Assembly: GCA_002189035.1 (NCBI GenBank)
Contig: NEEC01000024.1
Location: 620,001 to 684,000 of the forward strand
Source of the DNA: Utricularia gibba
Lineage: Eukaryota > Plantae > Magnoliophyta
Length of the DNA: 64,000 bases
Direction of reading: 5' to 3'
Below the pieces are notes generated by a model, which did no database searches, was not told where the DNA came from, and saw only the letters and a program-made list of their open reading frames with translations. The stretch's first letter is position 1. Each line of letters begins with the position of its first letter. The position numbers were made by a program, and so were the translations under genes. Positions 24,300 to 37,454 of the stretch are shown piece after piece.

Positions 24300-27107
24300 C
24301 TAGAGTTTTATGTTCCTTAAACACCTTCACCTCCTTAGAAGTAACCACCGGTCTAATCTTGATAGAGGCTTTTATATTCCCTTTGCTTGCATATTATCAC
24401 CAAGGCATCATCTGACATAATGTGTAACATGCAAATGAGATCGGCTTATGTCTTCAATAGATGGATGATAAAGTTTTAGCCAGATCATACAAGCCAAGGT
24501 TCTTTCTCAAATTTTCCAATCTCTGCTTCAGCATTAGAAAAATACCTTGTACTACTTTATTGAAAAGTAGATCTATGCAAATGCCCCCAACTACACAAAT
24601 ATGAGCAAAAATGCCCCAAAATTTAATGGGGCACAACTTCGCCCCAAAGTTCACATGCACATGCAATAATTCCCTCAAAATGTTTGCAAAAACGTTTTCA
24701 TATGCTACATATGTTTGAAAAATATATTTTTGCCCCAAATATTTTTTTTATGGTGCAAAAATGCCCTAACGTCCTTCAAAGTTTTAAATGTGTATTTGTA
24801 GATCAAATGTTTCAAAGTGTGCACTTTTACACCATACAACTTTGATTATTATTTTATTATAAATATAATAATAATAATAATAATTTGATTGTAAAAAAAC
24901 CAGAAATCCAATCAAAAATTAAATGGAAACAAAAAAAATAAATTTGTGTATCTTATTATACGAGTTTGAGTATGGTGATGATGATTGAAATCATAAATTG
25001 AGATAAAAACAGTAATGAAAATAAATGAAAAATAGTTAAGAATTTGTCTCATCATCATACTCAAACTCGTGTAGTAAAATAAAAAAAATTATTTATTTTT
25101 TTGTTTCTATTTTTTTTGGTTTAAGGGTTTTAACAAGGCTTTAGGGTTTTCATATAATAAAACTATTGTTATAACTATAGTAATTATAATAACTTTGGAA
25201 AATTTGTTTCTATTTTTTTTGTTTCTATTTGTTATAATAACTTTGGAACATTTAGGGCAAAAATTCACATTTTATACTTTTTCAAATACATTTTGCAAAT
25301 ATTTGAAGATATTGTCACATATGTATGTGAACCTTTGGAGCAAATTGGCAGCACGGTGAACTTTTGTACAAAAATGCTCGTGTGTATAAACAGTTGATGG
25401 CCAAAATAAACTTGACCTCTTTATTGAACTTCTTTAAGAAATTTCGCAAGATCTCTCTCTAATGAATTATTCCTAAACTTCTAATTTTGTCTTTTGTCTT
25501 TTGATGTATGTGTTTATTATGTATTGGATTGAGAATAAGAAAAGAAAGTCATTAAAGCATTGAATGGTACTTGAAGGAATGGTATGATACCATTCTTGCT
25601 CATCTCCCTGGAGGGTAGAAGCAAACAAGCAACATCTCATTCCATCTTTGAATGCCAAAGAGGATGAGGTGCTAATAGGGTCTCCTTCACAATTGAAGCA
25701 AACTTGGGTAATCGTTCGAGTGCATGATAGCTAGATCATGACATGTTCATGATGGCCTAAATAAAAAATAGATTGTACACATACATACCCAATGAACAAT
25801 TGTGCTCTCTTTTATCTACCTGCTAGGCCTCCACAACTTGTTTAATAGAACCCACCCATGGGGTTAAATTTGATGAACAACAAGCTGAGTTATTCTTTGA
25901 CGCTTCTCAACCTTGAGTTATTGTTCCTTAACTGCATTTTCTTATGACCCCTAGTACGGTCATGAGCTCTCAATCTCTCATAGCATCAAGATCCTCTGAG
26001 TGTTCAAACATCCAATCTATGACCACGGATGAATGTAGGATTTGTCTCTATCCTAGGGAATGAGCCTTGCATGCACTTTAAGCCTTGCAAGTATCCTTGT
26101 TGGGCCAGTTTCTCTTCTTAAATAATTCCCACGTGGGCTACTCTAGAATGCTTAATTCTTAGCCACATATATTCATAGGCAAGGTTCAAGAAGGCATCCA
26201 GCATTGCCTTTGCTCATTAGAAAGCAGCCTAGGCATCCTCCGACCTCTCTCGAGTTGATTGTTCAGTGACATTCCATTTTGTGAATAAAAGAGTTATATC
26301 CATCTGATCTTCATGAGACCCAACATTGGTTCTATCCAGTTTTTTCAAAATTCTTCAAATTACAATCTCACTCACAATAGAAAAACTTGGTGAGTGACTA
26401 GTCAAGTCTCATAGACAACGCCAAATGTTCGTGGTTTTGTGAAATACTTCTTTTTTTTTTAGTGATTAACCATAATATCATAGCACTAGAGATTAGAAAG
26501 CATATAAAAGGAACAAAGACGTGGTAACTCCAAGAACAAAGAAAACCGAGGGTGATCCCACATCAGGAAATGGATTTTTCACTATGTAAAAGATCAAAAG
26601 AGTTAATGGATACACTATAAGAATCAATAAAATCTATGGATGAAGATGAAATTCTTTTGGATTACTCCCTCTCTCTAATGTTCCTTGTTTCATAAATTTT
26701 CCAGATGTCCTTCCTCTCTTTTTTTATTCCCTCCTTATATACTTGAACCCAAATACCACAATTGGTGGGAATTTCCTTTTTAGTTAACTATTCTGCTATG
26801 ATAGTCCCTAAAAATTGTGGATATTCTATATTTTGAAAACATTTTTGTCATCCCCATGAAATGATCGTTGGGTTGACAACCCTATCATTCTTCCAATAGT
26901 TTGAGCTCTAATGGAGGCCTAGGCACCATTTCGAGTCTCACCTTTGCTCTTGTTTGCTCATTTTATGCCACACTTGGAGAGTGGGTCCTCTTTAGGAAAC
27001 CTAGTAGGCTTTTCAAGTTATAACAAGCCCTCATTCTCCCATGTGCTTCACAACTATCCATGTGATCCCTGTGGTGTTTGCACACCTTTTCGTTCTTAGC
27101 GTACACA
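24300..27107 (-). mobile_element. Tat-type Gypsy remnant: LTR (~26426-27107), PBS (26406-26423) and degenerate gag
   Basis: PBS TGGCGTTGTCTATGAGAC resembles TGGCGCCGTCTGTGGGA, mostly by transitions. The gag motif CCLFASTLQGDEQEWYHTIPSSTIQCF is present, and the frame continues LRNFLKKFNKVVQ across the MULE insertion. Confidence 0.75.
24565..25418. mobile_element. Non-autonomous fold-back MULE
   Basis: Perfect 10-bp TSD CTTTATTGAA (24555-24564 and 25419-25428), degenerate long TIRs and an inner inverted repeat (~24920-24985 vs ~25045-25115). Confidence 0.85.
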
Positions 27108-27751
27108 TTCGTGAAAAAAAAATTGCATGATATAGTTCAACCCTAAGATCAACATGCATGGAGACAAAAGAATGAATGATATTTTCCAATGAAAGCAATG
27201 AATAAATCATGCAAAATATAGAATTTCACCTAATTTCACAATCACACTTCAAAGAGTTATAGGATTGCCCCTAATTTCGCAAGCATACTTAAAGAAAACT
27301 CTCTTTTAATTACAATTTTATCATAGAGATCAACTTACAAATAGAAGCAAGATCAACATCAAAATCCTTTAACAGCATATAAGTCAAGAATGAATAAAAT
27401 GCACCTCCCAAAGTCGTATTCATAAAGGCTTTCATTGTTTAAATTAGCATTATCTCAAATAAATAAATAAATAAGATCAATAATAAAATATGATATACAA
27501 ACATCAGTGATTAATTCACCAATCCTAGCATATGAGAAGTCTAAATCTACATCCCAAATGATAATACATTCATTTGATGGAAATAATCAAAGAGATAAAA
27601 ATTCCTTGAAATGGCATGATAACACATATTTTTAAGTGCTTAAGGATAGGAAAAAGATTGATATTTTGTAACAAAACTCGGATTTTATTGTGTATTTCTG
27701 TTTTTTTGTAACTAGTACTACTCTTTGTATCTTTTATTTCTAGTTGGGACT

Positions 27752-28560
27752 TGATAAACGAAAATTTTTAGCAATGTCATTGCAATAAAACCAAATTTTT
27801 GTATCAAATAAATTTATAAGCCCTAATCAATACAAAATACAAATTTAAAAAACTTGTATAGTGGATATCATGGTCGATCACAAAGAGCTTCTGCTTGTCA
27901 TGTATTTCAGCACATGCAGAATTCAAGGTGACGGTAGTTCTTAGTCTACGTTCGAATTAACAGAAGTAAGCAGGTTCAATAAATAGGATCAAATCTCAAT
28001 GCAGGAAATAACATATACTTGTTTTAACACAGACTAATGCTAAGATGCCTTAAGGGTCTGCAGATGGTGTGGTGCTAAAATGTCTAATTTAAATTACCAT
28101 GTTCCTATACTCATAACATCAAACAACCTAAGTCTACCCAGGTCATTCATCATATTTTTGGCTAAGTTAGTCCCAAATATCATCATTAACATTGCAATTA
28201 AGTCTACCTGCATGCAACGTGTATAGAACTAGGTCTACCCCGGACTAACACCTACTATTCCCGTCTTGATTTGTTGGTCTACCTCTAAATCAAGCATCTC
28301 ATTTTTGAAGCTACTTGTTCCCCTCCTTAGGTCTACCCATGGATTGATAGAAACAAGAGCTATGAAACAATGTCATTAAGACTCCTAGATCCATACCACC
28401 ATGCTTTACCTTAAGCTATAGCTAGGGCTTTAGCTACTCATACTTTGAAGGAAAAACATGATAACATTGACATAAAGTGGCAAAAATGTCAAAAAGATCA
28501 TGAAAGAGTTGGTTGCAGAAACTAAAAACATCATCAAATGAAAATAAAGATGTAAGAGTT
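27752..28560 (-). repeat. Truncated Athila subfamily A LTR
   Basis: Starts TGATAAACG. Colinear with 6715-7500 and with the reverse complement of 21340-22154. Confidence 0.85.
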
Positions 28561-28714
28561 CTTATTTGATATAAGAATTTTCAATTTTAACAACATTGTA
28601 ATTTTTTTGTTTATCATGCGTACAAACATTTTTTCCTACATTATTGCATGTCATTTTCTCAACAAATTTTAATTTAAAAAAACATAGAACACAATAATGC
28701 ATAGTACGAGTATT

Positions 28715-28800
28715 GATCTTAAGAAGATGAGTTTTGCAAAAAGTGTTTTGTACTAAACTTTTACAAATTTTCGCAGGTTTGTAAAATAAGGTTTTCAAAA
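28715..28800 (+). repeat. Dispersed repeat shared with ~52300-52405, possibly a Tekay-type LTR piece
   Basis: tacgagtattgat..gagttttgc..aaacttttacaaa..tttgtaaaa occurs in both copies. The 52 kb copy follows a TGTAACACC motif at ~52235. Confidence 0.6.
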
Positions 28801-29593
28801 TATAAAAATAAAAGATACAACGTAAGTAATGGACCTTGAATAAAGCTGGTAGCTCCTGGGAAATGAATTTCATTTCCTCCTTTTGTCTATCCTCACCTCA
28901 GTTTTCACTTATTCTTTTCGAATAACTGGATATACGAGCAAGCAATAGCCTACTGTGCCTTACAGTCAAATTGACAAGGAGGCATGCAAATTGCCTCATG
29001 TGATTCCACCTTGGACGATTGAGAGGATTGGCGTCGATTGCCCTGAAAACCAAATTTTGTGCGTGTGTCCAGCTCTTGCCAATGACCAGTGGTAGTAACG
29101 AGGTCAATACCTGTCCATTGTCGTGGTACCTTGGTCACAAAAAATTTGCTATCTCCTTGAAACCAATAGAGTTGGAGATGGTACTTTTCACCTTGCTCTT
29201 CATCAAAATTCACGAGAAGTGGCTTGCTACTCATGGACCGTGACGAGGAGACAAAAAGACTACAACATGATGCATGGAAATATGTAAAATCCGAAAGAAA
29301 TTTAGTAAAGAACTGAGATTGATGCTCAAGATGTGGAAAGAACCTTCATCTATTCCCAAAAAAAGGTTCACCCACAAAGGGCCATAAAAATAGAAAATGA
29401 AACGAAAAGCTAAAGTGTTCTTCCTTCCTTTAATAGAGAGGAATAACCAAAATTTCAAGTGCAAAAACTAAAGTGTGAAAAAGGTCTAAAAAAATCTACA
29501 TTCAAATTGTTCCACGTTTATTTTAAGTCACTTCCACTTGCATTAACTTCCTATGCACCATTTCCATTATTCATTCTATCTTGCATGCACCAC

Positions 29594-30764
29594 TTATAAA
29601 CGAAAAATTTACACGTCGCAAATGTAAATCTTCCTATCAAATAAATTTATAACCTAATACACATTAAAGCATAAAACAATTATGAGCATAGTGATTAGGG
29701 TCGAACACGAAGAGTAGGTGCTTGCTATGTGAAAGTTAATGCATGAAATCAGTGTCACATTCGTAAAATTGGTCTTAGCTAGGACTAAGGCAGAACTAAA
29801 ACGAAATACAGTAAAGAAAAGTAATAAGTTCTAGGGTTCAAATGTTTCTGGAATGGAATAAGTGATGCCTTGGGACTCCTAGGGTATATATGCTCATCAC
29901 TAAACAAACTCATACAAACCACAAATCATACAACTAACTCACAAGATCTAGGTCTACCCGGATTCTTGTTTTTCCCCCTAATCTTTGGTCTACCTCTAAT
30001 TAGGGTTGTTAAGTTGGGTTTCACTACTTCCCCTCTTGAATCTATTCAGGTTTGTTAAGGAAGTGGCATGATTTATGGTTGATTAGGTCTAAGGATGGAT
30101 TAGCATGATTCTCCCCTTTTCACCCCAAGGCACCCCCTAGGTGCTTAGCCACTCATGCTTAAGACAAACGAGAATAGAAGAGAAAACATCATCCACAATG
30201 CACTCATGTCTCAGTCGACTACTCGAAAATAAACAAACAAGAAACTTAAAATTTCAACAGAAAGCTGAAAATCGTCACTAGCTAATCTTAGCTAGGAGTA
30301 ATAATCATTGGAAAACAAAAAAATAATCTTCAAGCATGAGCTTAGTTCCTATTCATCTTCATCCTTCTTCCTCCCTAGAAAACCTTCTCCAAAAAGCCGT
30401 TCGTGGGTCTCCAATGGGGAGATCTGTCTTCTCTCTCATCTTCCCTCCCTTTTTGTCCAAAATCTCACTTTTTCTCCTCCTTGGATTTTGTGTGTACTTT
30501 TTTTCAAACTTCTGCCACCTTATCTGGCACTACACTGTTCATATTCAGCTCCTTGGGATTTGTGTTGCGACCTGTGCTGCATTGCTCGAAGGAAACTGTT
30601 AGAACGGTTTAGACTAAATCGCAGATTTAGTCCCAACTAAGACTAAATTGGCACTACTACGGTACTTATGTGCAAAAGTATAGAACTATGCAATAAAGCT
30701 TAATTTTTGTAGCACAAAATGAGTAAATTCCATGCATTGTGTCACTTAAAAATATGTTTTATCA
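29594..30764 (-). mobile_element. Solo LTR, Athila subfamily B (1171 bp)
   Basis: Perfect 5-bp TSD ACCAC (29589-29593 and 30765-30769), termini TTATAAACG...TTTATCA, homologous to 33747-34790. Confidence 0.9.
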
Positions 30765-32339
30765 ACCACCAACTTTTCCTTGTGTGCAAGTAAACATCCA
30801 ATCATTGTTACATACTGTAATATGACGTAAGCTAGGGGATCCTGACTAGTGTTAGTCTTCTGCTCACAATTGATCTACTTCGTGTACAAGTTACAAAACA
30901 TCAGTGTCTGATCTCTTGTTATTCTTCTACAACACTCCAACTCTACCTCTGATATTTTGGGCAAAAGTGTACAAAAAAAGACAACAAAATATATATAAAA
31001 TACAAAAATAAGATTTTTCTAATAAAAAATAATTTTCAATATGAATTCTAATTTGGGCAATTTAATCCTAATTTAACACATAATAACACTTAGAAAATGA
31101 CACTTAACATCCACACATGCATCTCTCAAGCAGTATGAGGTGAGCAAATGTCAACAACAAGTCTTTTTTCTTGATGCTTTGAAGCCATGTTTCAATGCTA
31201 TAAATCAGCATTTCAAATGCAATTTTCACATTTGAACTTAATGTTTATGGATTTGCTAGGGTTTTTTGTTAGAATGTTTCCTTTTTACATGAGAGACTAA
31301 GTTTAATAAAATGCCTTGTGGTTAAAGGGGTGTGTTCATTTGGCTAAGGGCTTAACCCTTAGGTAGTGTTTAGTTGACAATAATATGGTGAGATGGGTTT
31401 ATACTAATGAGGATTAAACAAAGTAGGATGAAGTGAGATATAATTTTGTATTGTGTTTGTGATGGGGTATAAATCAGATTTGGGCTAATCGGTTACTGAA
31501 AAAGAGCCAAAAGATGTCCTGACAGCCTGGTGTAGGCCGATAGACCGGTAAGTGTCAGAGTCGACATCAGCGGCTATTTTGCACAGTCTAAAAAGTAGCT
31601 GAATTACGGCAACGGCAGAGCAGGCGATGGGTATCCAAAAAGCAGGTCCATAGTATGTATAGCAAGCGCAAAAAGTAGCCAACATCCACAGAGCTCAGAA
31701 TTTAGTCAAAACCATTCCATCTATAAATTAAAGAAACCCTGAAGAAGAAAGGGTTCGACCGCAAGCCCTCCAACCAATATTATCTCTTCTCCTCCGTTTA
31801 GTGAAGACCATTTTTCGGTGAGCTTCGACAGCTCCATGATTTTTCCGTTCTCCGAAGGTTTCCAAGTAAAAATCCCTATCTTCCCTTATTTCTGTTAACA
31901 ACATCACATCGCACATAACACCCAAACCTCAATCGGGTAAAACTCACCCGGCTATATCCGTAACCCAAAAATCAGTTTCACTTCTAACACCGATTTTCAC
32001 CCTTAATAGTTTGGTTAGTTAGTATGAGATTATGTTATAATATGTTCAGTTGTTTGTATTAAAATATATTATATTAAAAAAAATAATTTATTGAAATACC
32101 CTTTAGTAATTTAGGTCTCCCCCCCCCCCCCATAAAAATTACATTCCCTCTCTAACAACCAGCAGTCACCCGCTTCTTCCATTGGCGTCACTATGGCTGC
32201 AACAAAGGAGATTCTGTTTTGAGTGAACAGCTAAGTTATACTATCGTGGCTTGAACAAAATTTTGTGTAGTTCATATTTTGTTTTAGGAGAGATGAATCA
32301 AAGAAAACAAAACATAGTTGGCTACTTCATAAAGAACAC

Positions 32340-33259
32340 ACATTGAGCATTGGGTTACAAACACTAGTGACTGGTGGATGGAGGAGCGAAAATGGCTTTA
32401 AACCAGGGATTCATGGAGCTTTGGAGAATTTTCTGAAAGAAGGCTACTAGGAAGTTCGCTAAAGGCCACACCACATATTGAATCAAAGTTTAGAACTTGG
32501 AAAAAAGAGTATTACAAGTTAATAGAAATATTATCTTGTTCTAGAATGGGATTTAATCCCATAATGAAGATGGTTGATGCCATTGATGATTTTTGGGCAG
32601 AGTTGCAGTAGGTTCATTTCATAGATTGTTTTTTCAAAATAGCAAGTTCATTGTTTTTCCAAAGTTAACATTTGTTACTCTATGCAGCAATCTCCACAAA
32701 TATATAAAGTTGTTAGATATAAAAAAATTTCATTTTATGATAAATGGCTGGAGATTTTTGGAAAGGATCGAGTTATTGGAGATGGAGTGATTCCAATTAA
32801 TGGAAATCCTAGTGATGGTGTTGAATGTGGGAAAACAGTCCATGAAGGAGGACCTTGTGAATTCTCGAAATCACAAGTGTCTCCATCCTTAGGTGAGTGT
32901 AGTGCATTTGTTGATGATCAATCTTCATGCAGTGGTGAAACAAGATCAAAGAAGGTTGGCAAGCGCAAAAGAATGACGTATGATGATCAAGAATTCATGA
33001 TTGAGCTTCATGAAATATCAAGAGAAAACAATGCTTTTTGATGGAGCTAGGGGTCAAAATAGCAGTGGACACTAATTGTCAAGTGCAGGATACTATAAAG
33101 ATCAGGAAAATGCCTACTAGTATGACTCCTACTAAGTTTATGCCCATGTCTGATGTGGTTGTCAACAATCCGAGTAAGATGCGAGCTTTTCTTGCTATGG
33201 ATGCTACTGAGTTTAATTTGCCATCATGTTTTGCTCTTGTACGTGATATTAAAGCTTGA
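32340..33259 (+). pseudogene. PIF-type Myb/SANT-like DNA-binding protein remnant
   Basis: GWRSENGFKPG..LEN, KMVDAIDDFWAEL and YKKISFYDKWLEIFGKDRVIG. Confidence 0.82.
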
Positions 33260-33746
33260 TAGAGTGGTTAAGAAGCAAAAAATATACCCCAACTCTGAGG
33301 TGTACTAGCCAAGATTCAGTTCTCATATTCATTTCTTTGATCATTTGCTGCCACGGAAGAAGATGAGCCTTACTGCCTTCCCAAACTCTAGATCGCTTCA
33401 TTTCTTCTTCAATGTGGTGGTATGCAATAACAAGATGAGTTCCATGTTGTTGTCTTGGACCTCTACAATGAAACCAACATAAGTAATAAATACCATGTCT
33501 ATCAACATAGAAGATGAAGGAAGAACAACAAAAAAACCGCATTTTTTAATTGTCTTATACAAATATTTAATTAGTATTAACTAAATAATATTTCAGGTGC
33601 ATCATTAAGGTAATGGTGTGCACACGTCTAATGCACTGTTGTGAACACGCCAATTCTTACCTGAATCACTACTTTTTAAATGAAATGTAGAGTAAAATTC
33701 TAGAAAAAGGCATTCCATGGCACAACTATTCTTCACAAAACACAAC

Positions 33747-34790
33747 TGATAAACGAAAAATATTGCAATGTCGTTAAAATTCAAATTTCTCCTATCAAAT
33801 AAATTTATAACCTAATACACATTCAAGCATAAAACAATTATGAGCATAGTGATTAGGCTCGAACACGAAGAGCAGGTACTTGTCATGTGATTATCAATGC
33901 ATGTAATCAGTGTCACATTGATAGATTTGGTCTTAACTAGAACTAAGACAGAACTACGATGGAATATAGTAAAAAAAAGTAACAAACTATTGAACTCGGT
34001 TGTTTCTAAGATGAAATGGGTGTCTTGGGAATCCTAGGGGATGTATGCTTATCACTAAACACGCTCACACAAACCAAAATCAAACAACTAGCAAACAAAG
34101 TCTAGGTCTACCCGGACTCTTGTTTTCCCCTGATTGTTTATCTACCTCTAATTAGGGTTGTTAAGATGAGTTTCGGTACTTCCCCCTCTTGGATCTATTT
34201 TGATTTGTTAAGTAAATGGTGACTTATGATTAATAAAGTCTAAATATTGATTAGCATATTTCTCCCCTTTTCATCTCAAGGCACCCCTAAGTGCTTAGCC
34301 ACTCATGCTTTAGGTAAATGAAAATAGAAAAGAAAACGTCATCCACATTGTACTCATCTCATAGTTGAATACCAGAAAATAAACAAGGAATTTAAAAAGT
34401 TCAACAGAAAACTAGAACTATCACATGTTACTTTTCGCTGAGAGTAATGCTCCTAAAAACATAAAGTTAATCTACAAATTTCAGCTTCGTTCTTGGTTCA
34501 TCTTCCTCCTTCTTCCTCCAGAAATCTTCTTCAGAAAAAATGTGCCGTGTGCTCCAATGGAGGAGATCTTTTTTTTCTCTCTCCATCTTGTCTCCTTTTT
34601 TTGTCCAAAATCCTCCTTTTTTCTCCCTTTGGATTTTGTGTCCTTCTTTTCAGATTTTTGCCTCATCCTCTACCACTTCACTGTTCATATCCGGCTCCTT
34701 GGGATTCGAGTTGCCGACATGCGCTGCATTGTTCAAAGAAAACTATTAGAAGTAAGGTTGGGACTTAATCATAGATTCACATAATAAAAA
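33747..34790 (-). repeat. Truncated Athila subfamily B LTR inserted between the PIF genes
   Basis: Starts TGATAAACG and is colinear with 29594-30630. Confidence 0.87.
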
Positions 34791-34968
34791 CCCAATAAAT
34801 CATTTATTCCATCAAAGTTTTTGAATCTGAAATGGTAAAATGCACAGAAAAAAAAGCAGGGTGACGATAGATGAATAATTCAAGAAATTGCGTTGAGATG
34901 AATAAGCTACAAAAATACACCATAATAGTAAATGGCATAAAAATATGAGATAATTATCTCTTATGTAA

Positions 34969-36300
34969 CTACTCAAAATACATGACACATGCAAGCCCAT
35001 CTCGGAATGCACTCCATTCACCGGTGTTCTTCATGTTTGTTACAAATTCCAAACCTTCACCTTGTTGTCCACTTGAACCAACATTATAATAGTCATCAGG
35101 AATGTCAGTTTCATATGGATCAACACTGATTTCTTGATGAATGAAATTGTGAAGCAAAGCACAAGCATTTATCATCTTTATTTGAGTCTTGGTAGGATAA
35201 AAAAAGGGGGATTGCAGCACACCCCATCGTTTCTTCATAATACTTCATGTCCTTTCGACCACATTACGAGCTTTAGCATGTCTCGTGTTGAAGTATTCCT
35301 TCTCATATTGTGGGGTTTGATTACTTTTGCCCCAATCTTTTAAGTAATATCTTACACCTCTATATGGAGTTAAAATACCTTTAATAATTATATATCCATT
35401 ATCTGCCAAGTAGTAATAATCTTCAAAGAATACATAAACTAAAAATTGTTGCTTTGATTTAAAATTTTAGATTTTAGTAAACTAACCTCTAGCGCACGAA
35501 AAGGATTTGTACGGGTCATTGCATCCTATAAAACTTAGCCAACCACTGTCAAGCCTTTCCATCCAACTAGTAAGTATATGACGCATATGTTGTAGTCACA
35601 TACTCCCAACACATTAGTTGAAATTGATCTTTTTTGTGTCTGATACCATGGTTTATCAGTTGTTTTTACAGTAACATCAATGTATGTGCCGTCTTATGCA
35701 CCGTAGACAATTCTGGATTGTTAAAAAAAAAACAGAAAGTATTACATAGTTGATATTACCAAATGTAATGAAAAAAGCACACACCTCGAAAGGATTGAAA
35801 CTTGGAGAGCCATTGTTGACATTGCTAAGATTTGGTTTAATCAACAATTGATCATGTAACTTAAAAAAAAATCTCAATACTTCATTAAAATAAATGCTAC
35901 AAGTAACCATAGAACGTGAAAAATCAAGCTTTTGTTTTCTAATCTTTTTATGATGAGCTAAAACACCAAGGAAAAGTGCTACCTTTTTCCTCAATGGAAA
36001 TCCATCTAGATTCCTTCAGCCCAGAATAATAATGCAACAAAACACACAATCGTCCAAAAACATCCTGACTTAGATGCAAATTCTCGCATGTTGCCCCTAA
36101 CATCACTAACCAAATTGGAGAGATAATTAACTTGTTTCACACATTTACCCAAAAGCGAATAATTTTGATTCTTCACTGCTCATGAATGTTTCCAATGCAA
36201 GTAGCAAGTGAATCAAAAAATAGTTACCCGAAGTATAATTGCTCGAGCAATAAGAATTATTAACATCTTCTTATGGACTACACTCACCATTGCGCTTGAA
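34969..36300 (-). pseudogene. PIF/Harbinger DDE transposase remnant
   Basis: KVALFLGVLAHHKK..FSRSMVTCSIYFNEVL, QNCL..DGTYID and KKRWGVLQSPFFYPTKTQIKMINACALLHNFI. Confidence 0.9.
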
Positions 36301-37454
36301 ATCATTGGTCGAAGTGGAACTTGTTACAAAGGAATATGCAAAAGAATAGATGATAAAAAATGAAGATGAATGTGGGAGAAAGATAAGGTTGGTTGGGTAA
36401 AATCACATCATGAGAATAGTTAAAGTAAGGGAGTGGCTACTTTATATAAACCCACCAAGAAGTGTTTATCAAATCCATGTGTTAACCGGGATATATAAAC
36501 CTGCAAGCTAAACAAAGTACTATATAATACCTATTAATTAACCCCCCCCCCCCCCTTATACCTTGGTGCCTTATGGGTGTTTGTGTAATGTTAGCGCAAC
36601 AATTATAGAATAGATCCAAGGGGTAAAAAAAAAGGGAAAAACACATAATCTAAAATAATTCAATTTAAAGATAGATAAAAAAAAAATCGAGATGTGGATT
36701 CATATTTAGATTTCCTTGGGTGAAGATTGATAAGATCAAGTACATCTAATTTTATTTATCTGATGAAATAGTAGATCAAATTGAAAACTGGTGTAGGAAA
36801 TTTAAAAAATTTAAAAATAAAAAATTATATAGGGGGTTCAAATAGACATAGGTTGTCTTTTATTAAAAATCTCTTTAAGTTTTAGGGCCAAAAGCTAAGG
36901 AAACACCATCTCAAAAATCCTTAAGACATGCATTCCTGTACTGTTTATGTTAGTTAGTAACTAAAATGGAATTCAATATCTATAAATGCATGAACTTATC
37001 ACACCACAAACATGAATTCCTTATGTTCAATCTTAAATCCATTATATATTTTCTTTTGATTTGTATTTTAAATAGATTAGATATTATAAATTTATTTGAT
37101 GTGAAAATTTTATTTTAAATGACATTTTCTAAATTTTCATTATGAGGTATATTCTTGATAATTGAGGGAGAGATAAAGATTTATTTTGATTTGGGTGGTG
37201 ATGTGTGCATTTTCAAAATAATAAATGGAGTGTGGTACTTGAAACCCATGTGAATTCTTGTGCTCGATTTTAAAAAGGACAACTTCGCAAAGAAGAAAGA
37301 TTTGTAAAACTGAGTTTTTGTTCAGGTTGATTACAGGTTTTGATACATCATTGTGTGCATGCTGAAAAGGTAAGATCCACATGATCCCAGTGATATTCTC
37401 TTGGAAATAATGTTGTTTTGTTATCCTTTGAGAGAGTCTCCGATCTTGTCCGCA

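Larger units (their letters stand above)
31323..36525. mobile_element. PIF/Harbinger element with convergent Myb/SANT and transposase genes; termini tentative
   Basis: Both PIF ORFs are present. Candidate ends are TAA|AGGGGTGTGTTC or TTA|GGTAGTGTTTAG on the left and CTAAACAAAGTAC on the right. Confidence 0.7.

Noticed and set aside
28950-29234. Minus-strand ORF as a MULE SWIM-finger fragment
   Set aside because: Only vague similarity (GDSKFFV, IDL), and the required Cys/His spacing is absent.
30308-30640. ORFs inside the subfamily B LTRs (also 34425-34784)
   Set aside because: They arise from CT-rich LTR sequence, and the frames are not preserved between the two copies.
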